The translations under genes and the position numbers were made by a program. A stretch of 64,000 bases of DNA from Adineta vaga (lineage: Eukaryota; Animalia; Rotifera): positions 3,844,001-3,908,000 of the forward strand of contig CP075497.1 of the NCBI GenBank assembly GCA_021613535.1, in the 5' to 3' direction. Every line of letters starts with the position of its first letter. Within the stretch, counting starts at the first letter, position 1. Under the pieces are notes generated by a model that saw only the letters and a list, made by a program, of their open reading frames with translations, had not been told where the DNA came from and made no database searches. Positions 53,272-64,000 of this stretch are shown one piece after another.

Positions 53272-56200
53272 ATGAAGATAGCTGTAAATTCATTATTATC
53301 ATTACTTGATGTGGGAACAGGTTTTTGTTATTGGCTATTAGGACGAGATTTACTTCAAGATGAAATCAAACGTATAGAAGATGTATTCATTAGAGGTAAG
53401 TTTAAAAATAATTCTCGTTATTTGTTTATGTCCAATGCTTTAGTTGAAAAACCCGAAGATGAATATCATCTCATAGATGTACTAAATAGTTTGTCGCCTG
53501 GTAAAGATTTATTACTTGTGTGTGATCGAAAAAATCATAATCTTGTTCAATGGTGTGTATTAAACAAGTATATCCAAGCCCTTCTTGTATTACTCGAATA
53601 TGGATGTAATCCAAGTCGAACAGGAATATCTGGTTGTGATCTTCCACTTGCATTAGCTTGTTGTTTGGGTCAAATGGATATGATAGAATTATTACTTGAT
53701 TATGGTGCTAATCCATCTGAATCAACAATATTATCATCAGATATATTAAAATATTTATCGGAAGAAACGAATCATGAACGTTATTTAAAATTAATTGATT
53801 TATTAAAATATCGAACTTGTGTCACTTCATTGAGTATTGTTTTAACCTTTGATGATTTATCAATGTTTCATCTCTTGACCGGTGAAACAATACGTTCATT
53901 ATCAATATCAGGTTCATCGACATCATCTACATCATCATTAAATATCACTCAAACACTAGACGATACAAATATAAAACTATCTGATACAGACTATGATATA
54001 TTTCGTGAGAAATTAAAAATTGAGAATTTTGTAGAAAATATTCTTCCGAATGAAACCGATGAAGGTATATATCAACAGCAACAACACCAGCAAAATATTA
54101 TTACTAATGATGATCTATCAGATTATGCAGATCATGGACATTTCTTTTCTTTTTGTGATACTCTCGATGTTGAATCAGCTGTCAATAATCAGGATGATGG
54201 TATACAGGTTCGTTTTGTTACTTTTTTTTCTTTTCTTTTTAAAGAAATGCCAAAACGACACAACTGTGCACGTTACTAAACATATTTAATAGAGATTAGG
54301 GACGATATTTCGTTGTAATCAACTAAAAAGAAAGAAAGAAAGAAAGAAAGAAAGATTGAGAGATTAGTTACTGTGTATCAACTTTCACTCTTTCCATTGA
54401 TCATAAACGAATTACACGTTTTGAATTCGTTCTATCAGTTGAAGTAGATTTTTCTTCTCTTCTTTTTCTTCAAGAGTAATAACGATAGCATCTGATTTCA
54501 CTTTTAATCTGTATACATATAGAAGTCAAATTCTAATCTCACATCACGTACTTTCATTTAGGCATTATCAGATAAAGGTAATCACGTGGAAAGAATTCAT
54601 GAAGAAGAAGCTTTCATTCCTGGCGCAACAACAGATGGTGGTTATTATACTGTTGATGGAAGCTCAGGTCGAGTTAAAACACAACCATTACCAGTAGCAC
54701 CTGTTGAAAGACAAGAACAATTACGTGAAACACATCTTAAAGAAGTAATATCAAATTTATGTCCAGTTAATACTGAACAAATGAATCATTGTCGACAACA
54801 AAGTGAAGTTATTCATCGTACGAAAAGTCAACAACAATTAACGAAATTATCGAATTCAAGTCATTCAATGCATCGTCATTCTTTACCAATCAATGTTTAT
54901 GATCAAACCAATGATCAAACATCTAAACGTTTTCGTTCAACTTCATCATTTCTCCTTTCCAATATGTCTAATTCAACAAAACATACTGCTTATCTTTTAC
55001 GTTTATTACATCAAATGATTGAACGTGAAGCTGCAACTATTCTTGAATATTTTCTTCGTCGACATCTCGATGAATTTAATGATCATTTTCATAAAGCAGC
55101 AAGTAGTTCCGATATTCAATTGAAAACATATGAATTATTAGCGAATATCAAATCTGATCGAATCTATAATGTTCTTCTTTCATCCAACTGTGCTTATTTT
55201 AATACAGTTACAACTAGTTTATGTGATCGAGAAAATAATACATTAGTACATTCATTACTTGGACAAGATCCATTGAAATATCAACCAACAGAAATGATTA
55301 AAATGGTCGAACGTTATATGACATATGGATTAAAAGAATTTATTAATAGGTAAAAGAATATTTCTTTGAATATGATTTAAAATTGAAGTGTTTTTTGTTC
55401 TATAGACCGAATTTATCAAATTATTGTATGATACAAATACTTTTATGTAATGAACATTTTCTTAAAATGATCTTCTTTCCACGAAGTCTTCAATCATCAT
55501 CAAAACATTGTAAGTCAAACATTTCGTTGATGTCATTCAAATGAAACGAAACAGAAAGAATAGATTCAGTCTATCAGAAACGATTTTCTTTAGTGTAAGT
55601 AGAGAGTCTTCGGCATTTATTAACTCTTTTACTTACATTTTTGTTCAGTTCTCTTCAGCATGAAATTAATCTCTGTTTTTATTCGACCATAAAATTGATC
55701 ATCTTTTTTTTATTTTAGCTTCGTTAAATACCGAATCATTAACAGTATTATTACCGATCTATGATCCTGAAACCGTTGAAAAATGGCGTCATTCATATTT
55801 GATTCTAATTGAAATTTTAATAAAATATGGTGCACGAATTGATATACCTGTTGGTTCCTATCGAAATAGTCTTGATTGTCTTCTTTCATCTTTGATCGAT
55901 CTTGCAAAACGTTTATCATTGATTCCAACTATATTCGATATGAAATATCTTAAACGTTTAATTCTAGTTCTTCTATCATCTCTAAATCAAACAAAAACAC
56001 GTTTAATCTATTTTAAATACAATATCGAACGTTTAATTCATCTTCTTTATTCCATTCATATTCATAATGATGATTTATCTGATATACTTTCAATACTTCA
56101 TCTTCTTCTTCAATATGAATATCAACCATTGAAATTAAATACCAATACATTCATGCATCTATTTAAATTATGGTTAACAAATCCGAATTTTTTATGTTCA

Positions 56201-56827
56201 AGTTTGATTGGAAAAGATTTATTTATGCAACAATTTCTAACAATTATTGTTCGTCGAATTGGTTTAACATTACAAGTCAATGAAAATCCATTATTATTAC
56301 CAAGTACATCGAATTTATCACGAAAATCTTCATTAACATCACATGATAATGATATTAATCTACAAAATCTCTTTCTTATTCTACTAAATTTAATATCATT
56401 CAATCCAACATGTTTACAAATTCATTCAATCTATGAATTAATCTTAATTTTTCTTAATCATACAACGATTGATATAATTAATAGTGATCTATCACAATTA
56501 CCTATTGTGTATCTATGTTTACAAATGAAATTAATAAATTATACATTATTAATTCCATTTATTGATCTTTTTACCATGATTCATTCATCTTTAATGATTA
56601 CTAAAACAAAAGATACGTTAATACAAATATCCATAAAACGTTTATCAATTGATTTATATAAATATTTTCTTTCGATTGAAAAATCGAAAACATCTGTACG
56701 TTCACTTCGACATACAACAACAAAATATATCTATCATCATTTACAAAAACCATTTGTTGATAGTGTTAATAGTTTACCCATTGGAGATGCATTAAAACAA
56801 CGTTTGATACATTTTCTTGATATTTAA
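53272..56827 (+). CDS. Ankyrin-repeat protein with C-terminal SOCS-box-like motif (ASB-like)
   Basis: Ankyrin motifs LLEYGCNP, PLALACCLGQMDMIELLLDYGANP, LIKYGARID; C-terminal VRSLRHTT...VNSLPIGDALKQRL; exons ~53272-54207, 54562-55349, 55405-55509, 55719-56827. Confidence 0.7.
54327..54354 (+). repeat. (AAAG)n microsatellite in an intron
   Basis: Directly visible tandem aaag units. Confidence 0.9.
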
Positions 56828-58382
56828 AAGAAAACATTAATTTCGTGAATCTCTTCTAACTAGTCATTCTTTGGTTTTCTTTTTTTTATGAAAAAAAAAT
56901 TGCTCGCCAAGTCAGATTCTTCCTTTTATTAAACTGTGATCATATTACGTGTTTATTGGCGAGGATTTTCTTATTTGTCTCTTGTATAGATTTTCTTTTT
57001 TTTTACTCTTTTCTTTTGTACGGTGATTCTTCATATTTATTCTCTATTCATTAGCGTATCATCGAAATCTGTTTGTTTTTTGTTGTTTCGAATTCTTGTA
57101 TTGTTATACGAACATTCCTATAGGTCTTTTATTGTTTGATAGGATGCATTACAGATAGAAAGCTTGTGAATGATTAAATGCATTCGGATAGAATTTCATG
57201 AGTGCTAGTGAAACGAAGAATTTATGTTTATATAATTGATTTGATTAAAAAAAACATGTAGATTTATATATATGTATAGACTTGTTTCTTTCAATATTGA
57301 TCGGATAATAGTTGTATGAATGAGATATGTCGACTGATATGTTAAATAAGAGTCAAGGAGTAGAGATGTGTAGATGAATATTGCGCTTGCATAAAAATTT
57401 CTAACGGACCATCTTTTAACACTTACAGTATTCTATTTATGCAGCCAGTTCATCTGATTTAGAATTTATTCACGTTCTTCTATCTCAAACAACTTTTCTT
57501 TATTACTGATGAATGAGATCATCATCGTATGATCATATTACTCCTTTGAAATAAGTTTTTTCCTATCAATCTACCATATTCAGATTTGTTGTCTTGAAAG
57601 GAAACGAAATTATTTGTGATCCATTCTGAATGAACATGTTACAATTCTTTGTCTTTCTATTTCTCGATTAGTATCAATAGGTGAAATATACGGGTAAGAT
57701 TTAACATCAGTAAAAATCATAGATCAATGAGTATTTTTCATCTATCAAATAAAATACAAACACTGTGCACACATCATTTCATTTTAATCAGATTGAATTG
57801 TAAATACTGTCACTATAGAACGACGTTATATAACTTGACATCCATCTCATACTAGTCGTTGATAAGAATAGGTGTACTGATCAGTCAGGTAGTTTATTCT
57901 CAATGAAAAGAAAAAAGAACATCAACAAATGATAAATTCCTCGTTCGAACTGAACTCAACAGAGAGAGAGAGGATGATGTGTGCAAAATGTTCATAGTGT
58001 ATTGATAAGAAGCGCCCTCTATCTCAGACAGCCGATTATTACATAAAAGTAACCAACTGAATTGAAAGTCGAACTCATTCTTTGTTTCACTATTCATTCC
58101 ATCGCAACAGTAGTTTTCTTCTGAAGAAATGATCTGAATCATAATGCAATGACTATTATCTAGAATAAATAAGTTTCTATATATGATTGTCTATCATTCT
58201 GTTGATAGGCAACGTGAAAGAACTGTATTATTCCAGATCAAATTTCTTTACAACTATTTTCATAGTTGAACAACAAATGATTTTATTTTTATCAATTTTT
58301 TTTATTACAATAAAATTATATGAAAATTTAACAGTTCTATTGTAGTTTTCTAGGTGGTGAAAATATATAATATTCAAACGTT

Positions 58383-61233
58383 ATGAGCATATCCGGTAAC
58401 GACGTTAAACTATGTATGTTTTCGTATGATATTCAATTGCACATTATTCTTTCATATTATTTAGCATCTTTTCCTGTTGGTGAACCACGTACAAATGTCA
58501 CAACCGTTATATTTGGTCATCGATCAGGCAAGTTATTAGCAACAGGCAGTGAAGATCATAGTATTCATATTTATCTCATTGGTCAAACGACATCATTATT
58601 GGTAAATCTTAGATTCTTTAACATTGAATTTCTCTCATTTCATAGCGTTCTAGACATCACAATGTCAAAAGAGTGCTATAACAGCATTACGATTTTCACA
58701 TGAAGAAAATTTATTAGCATCAGGTAGTCGATCTGGTGCTGTACAAATATGTGATCTTGAAAGTCAAAAAGGTAAATTTATAACTCGAAACCATTATAAT
58801 AGGTTATTAGAATGGTTCTTTTTTTATAGTTATTCATCCTGGTGGTCATAAAACAAGTATTCGTTCAATTGAATATTTTCCATCCAGTAACAATTTTCTA
58901 GCAACAGGTGCTGTTGATGGTACAGCAAAGGTTTGTTCAAACCAACGAACTATTCTAGTTTCATATGTTATTGTTTAGCTTTGGGATCCAAGACGAAAAG
59001 GTTATATCTATGATTATAAAGGACATAATGGTGCTATCAATGCACTAAAGTTTTCTCCGGATGGACGATATTTAATTACTGCTTCGGATGACACAGCTAT
59101 TCAAGTAAAAGAAACTATTCATATATACATATATCTCAATGGAATTCAACTCTATGAAAATTAGATGTGGGATGTGACCGCTGGTAAATTGATCAAATCT
59201 TTTCAAGAGCATCAAGGACCTGTATATACAATTGAATATCATCCAAAGGAACTTTTATTAGCATCAGGTGGCGCTGATAGGTAATGATTGATAATTTAAA
59301 ATCAATAAAATTAACATTTGAAATTTTAATTTTTTTCATTAGACGAATCAAATTTTGGGACTTGGAAAAACTCCAATTTATTTCTGAAACTGACATTGAA
59401 ACATCAGCTATAAAGTATAAATTATCGAAACAAATGTTTTAATCGAGGAAAAGAACATCATTAAATTTTGTTTAGATGTTTAGCATTTGAACCGACAAAT
59501 GCCAATTATTTACTTTCCGGATCTAATGATATGTTACGTGTTTATAATTGGGAACCAGTTCAATTACTTGATAGTGTTCAAATTGGTTGGAAAAATATTC
59601 TTGACATGACAGTGCATAAAGATAAATTGGTAAATTTTTTCGATGATTTGTTTATCATTGAATGCATCTATTAACTTTTTTCTTCTAGTATGGAGCATCT
59701 GTTTCACAAAATAATGTTTATGTTGGTTCAATTCAACTACAGGTGTGTGTTCTTTTGTTGAATAAACAATTGAAAAGAATTTAAAGTGTATATTTTCTGA
59801 AAAGAATTTAAAAACAAAACGACGTATTTCACCTGTTCGTGATTATTACCCAAGTGATCCTAAAGCACCACCAGTAGCAACTGGTACTATTACAGGTCGA
59901 CGAAGTCAATATCAAGCAATGGCTGTCAAAGATGAACAAGTCAAGTAATGATAAATAAGAACTTTTCTTTTTCATCGATCTATTTTGTGAATTTATCTAT
60001 TAGACTTCAACGAGAACTATCTAGTGGTAGTAATATTGATGAATCAAAATCAAATGTTGCTGATAGCGTTATGATTGATAATCAAGCTGATTATGAACAA
60101 ATTTTCCGTGCTAAAGCACGTTTACCGCGTTCACCAAGCCATCAAGGTGTTGCTGCTCAACCTGCAGTACCATCATCATCAGCTGGATTTAACATGCAAG
60201 CAACAGCAGCAACTGAAACCTCATCAGTTCCACTTGCTGTAGCAGTTAAACCTAAAGTTTCTCAATCAATTTCACCTCCACCACAAGTAATTTCCATTCA
60301 TTTTCGTTCTAATAAATTAACTGAATGATTTGTTTCTGATAAATAAGGTTGATATGTTGATGCCTCCTATTCAAATGCCTAATCCATCAATAACTCCACC
60401 GGATACTGTAAGATCAAAAGAAATCATTTTGATTTTTACCTTTCTATTCATTTGTATTTAGCCTCGAACTAATGAACAAATCTTCTCAAATCTATCAAAA
60501 GGAAATAAAACGATTGCTTCAGTGCAACAACAACGACAACGTAATCTATCTTTATTAGTAGCATTATCACGTACAAGCGGTTCACAGGTAAAATTATTTT
60601 AAAAAAAAACACTCCGGCTAGTTCCAGTATTTTCACTATTTTTTATTGTAGACATTCCAAGCGGTTACAGTTTCACAAGATCTCTCACTTGAATCTTTTC
60701 TATTACGTTTTGTTCTCGACAAATTACCTAAGTAAATACTTTTCTTAAAAAGTTTCACAAGAGAGAATTATTGATGTTCAACTTTATAATCTAGACGTGA
60801 ATGGAATTTGGAAATATGTATATTAGTTTTACCAGCTATACGAGATTTAATTAAATCTCATTATCATGGGTAGGATCATCTGTATGAAGATTTGCTTTTC
60901 TATACAATCGTTTATTGTTTTAGATATAATCTAACAGCATGTCAAGGTTTGGGAAAGATTCTTGGTGATTTTGGCAAAATGATTTATGATAATGTTGGAG
61001 CAAAATCCATTGGTGTTGATATTAGTCAACAAGAACGGTAAGTAATTTGAATTGATTCAATTGTATGAGATCTTCTTTGAATGTTTAGACGTGAGAAATG
61101 TCAATCATGTCATCATACTTTACATGAAATTCGTTGTTTAATTGAAAGTCGACTGAAAAATGTATCTGATTCTTCCTTACAAAAAGAATTCGGTGACAAT
61201 TTAGCTTTACTGAACGCTCTTGAGCGTTCCTAA
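58383..61233 (+). CDS. KATNB1: Katanin p80 WD40 subunit B1, multi-exon
   Basis: [60 protein letters not shown]; C-terminal [13 protein letters not shown]. Confidence 0.93.
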
Positions 61234-61526
61234 ATGAACATATTTTTCTTCCTCTCATCATTGTTATTATCCGTCATTATTACTTTCGGTTTTTTTGCTT
61301 TTCTTTTCCATGCAGATACGAACCAATTTCTATTTCACGCACTGTGATACATTATCATCTTAACACTTTTTTTTGCTTCTCGCTCTCTTCTAAACTAATG
61401 ACACACGCACAGATTGAGTCGTCTTTTTTTCGTGATGTTGTATATCTTTATTAATATATATATATATATATAACAACACCATATATGTATGAATTTTGTT
61501 TTTCTTTTTTGGATAAATTTGAAATA

Positions 61527-63240
61527 ATGCAATTATGTGGATGTTTACCGGTTGGAAATGGTGCACGAAATGAAGAGAAACAATCGAATATAAAACAACC
61601 GATAAAGAGATATTCTCTCAAACATGGTATGTAGAAAATCATTGCCTTTTTTCATTGGAAATTTTCATTTATTCTTTGTAGATGTATCAATCAATGGTGG
61701 CAGTTCATCAGGAGAAATTAAGTAAGAACGAAATTGGTTATTTTAGAAATTGAATAAAACTTTCCGTTTAATTGTAGAATTCGAAAAGAACGAACTAAAT
61801 CGAATACAAGTGCAATGACTGAATCAGGCACAAAACGATAGTAAGTAGTTGCAACGAAAAAGTCGAATTCCGTTCTTTATGATTCAATCAAGAAATTATT
61901 TTTATATAGTTGTCTACATTGATCTTTCTAAGTAAGCGAATATTCTCTTTTCGTAGATGTTTTTGTGCCGTAAGCCTTCTTATGCATATAATTTCTTTTG
62001 CGCTTTGATTTGATGAATTTATTATGGTTAATCTCTTGAGATTTGATCTATTTTTGTTTTCATTTAGTGTATTGAAAAAACAATCTTCATCAGCTTCAGT
62101 TAATAAAGTTGATAATCATTATCATCATTCACAAAAAGATCTCTCGGAGAAACGAATAGCGTAAATGAATGATTACAAGAAAAAATATTGTGTTTAGATT
62201 TTCTTTTTTGTTTCAGTGCATATGTCAATGAAAGTGAAAATGAACAACGAAATTTTCTTAAATTAAATAAAGAAAAACGACGGTAAATCTCTTTGTTTCC
62301 ATTGCAATAAATTCTGATTCTCGTTTTAGATCAATCCATGAATTACAGTTTCATCAAACTATTTTTAGTGAAAAAAAACGTGCAAAGTACGAAGAATATA
62401 GACTCTGTTCGTTTTGTTTTCATTTCCGAGTTTTTAAGAAGTTCACCGGACGTTAATCAATTTATGGGAGGAAACACATCACACGAAAATACAACATGTG
62501 ATGAAAATGAGAATCCCGATTGTTCTCGACATAAAAGATCAGCTGTACGTCGTCGAAAGTAAGTTGGATTCTGTATGTAATATACATATATATATATATA
62601 TTGATTCATTGAATTTAGACGAAGTAAATCTCCTCGAAAACAAATGCCATCAGAAATATTAGATGCAATCAAGTATGAAAGATATATATTTTTCATAGGA
62701 TATTTTCATTATTTCTTGTTTTAATAGATTTGAGCTCGTAGAACCCAATGGTTTAGATGAAAATCAGCTCAAAGATATTCCCTATGAAAATATCAAGTAA
62801 GAATAATTGTTTATTACAATAAATTATCTGACTTATTTTTCTCTTCTACTTGGTAATCAAGAACAACCTCTCAACCATTTCGTATTAGTCTTTCACCACA
62901 TGCTGCTCGGCGACGACGTTCTTCTCCATTTAATCGTGCAGGGTATGTCATTGATTCACTAGATCTGATTCTATCTATTGTATTCTTCTAATTATCATAG
63001 AGATGTAGTTCATAATGCATCTAGTAATATGTTACCTTATCGAACACAACCTGCCGTTGTGTGTGTTGCTCAAGTTAAATCGACAGTAAGAAATCGATCA
63101 TTCTCTTTCGTTAAATTTTCTTGTTCTTTTCTTTTCTTTTCTTAGAAAATTATTAGTATTACTCGCACAACAGATAACTGTATGTATTGAAAAGAGTGTA
63201 TGATTTAAATGAATTTGTTTTCTTTCTTTTCTTTAGAAAA
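61527..63240 (+). CDS. Multi-small-exon gene with EPB41L4A-like C-terminal motif and no FERM domain; 3' end approximate
   Basis: MQLCGCLP start; RRSKSPRK...FELVEPNGLDENQLKDIPYENI...PFRISLSPH resembles the recalled EPB41L4A tail ELVDPSGLSEEQLKEIPYTKI; about 12 GT-AG-bounded small exons. Confidence 0.6.
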
Positions 63241-63812
63241 CGAAAATAATTCGATTGTTTTTCGATGAATTATTCCAATTGTTTTCTTATCTTCGTTCAG
63301 ATTTTCTAAGTAGACGTTTCTTTTGTTGTACAATCTTTATCTATCTGATTGTTCTTCTTATTTTTTTCTGTGGTTTATTTGTCAGATAATAGAAATACAA
63401 TGAATAATATTCTTCCTTATATTTATAACTTTCATCGATACTATCGAACGAAGAAAACGACATGATGAATACTTGAGGAAGTTGACTATTGTTCAACAAA
63501 AGAAAAAAAGAACATGATTGACAAGGATGTTTTGAAAATATCAATAAATGTATGTATTGATCGATCAATCAGAATATTAGCGAACAAATTGTTCGATTAC
63601 GATCAGATCTATTCTAATCTCTTGAGATAGTATACAATTTTTATGTATTAAAGAAATGAATTATTCCTCTGATAATTATAAAGTATACATTTTCATTAAA
63701 GAAGTATTTGATTGATCAATGATTTTATTCAATCAATGAACAAGACATCTTTTTGTCATGATTTAAAATAATCAATTTTTTTTTCTACAGAATATCATTT
63801 CATTTACCTTCA

Positions 63813-63958
63813 ATGAAAGCCGAGCAGACTGCATTCAAAGGTGATAAGAAACATATACTTGAACTCTTGAGAATAATAGAACAGAAAAACTTATCATCAC
63901 TTCTTTCATATGACTCTTCAACAAAAAAAAAGATATCATTGAACACATCGATCTCAAT
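63813..63958 (+). CDS. Possible first coding exon of an unknown gene running off the window
   Basis: Acceptor ttttctacag at 63790, ATG 63813, open frame MKAEQTAFKGDKKHILELL... to a GT at 63959. Confidence 0.3.
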
Positions 63959-64000
63959 GTATTAATATTGTCTCACAAATGAAAATTCAATTCTTTGAAA

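Noticed and set aside
1-64000. CRISPR arrays, rRNA, prokaryotic operons
   Set aside because: No repeat-spacer array or rRNA-like sequence seen; the DNA is spliced and eukaryotic

Overview
AT-rich eukaryotic DNA with many short (~50-60 nt) GT-AG introns. The intron size, an ART+TPR gene and TGTGGG/TGAGGG hexamers suggest a bdelloid rotifer (inference). The window has two domains. (1) ~1-16.5 kb is an accessory zone: nested and foldback MITEs, a dead hAT transposase, a dispersed repeat with telomere-like hexamers, an intronless HemK-like methyltransferase, a disabled DxD glycosyltransferase and a TE-interrupted REC-like/ADP-ribosyltransferase/TPR gene. (2) ~17-64 kb is a dense block of conserved spliced genes: PPP1R7, SFT2D, UVRAG, TIMM13, AEBP2, P2X receptor, ANKRD60, intron-containing tRNA-Leu(CAA), KMT2C/D, ZMYND8-like, SCP/calexcitin, an ankyrin-SOCS-box gene, KATNB1 and a FERM-less EPB41L4A-like gene. 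Strongest leads: an apparent fission (or splice-switchable split) of KMT2C/D into adjacent PHD-reader and SET-writer units; an operon-like co-oriented cluster with orphan splice acceptors (candidate SL trans-splicing); a foreign-looking methyltransferase bracketed by inverted telomere-like repeats; and possible intronization of a TE inside the ART-TPR gene. Exon boundaries were read by eye and homologies come from recalled motifs, not database searches.
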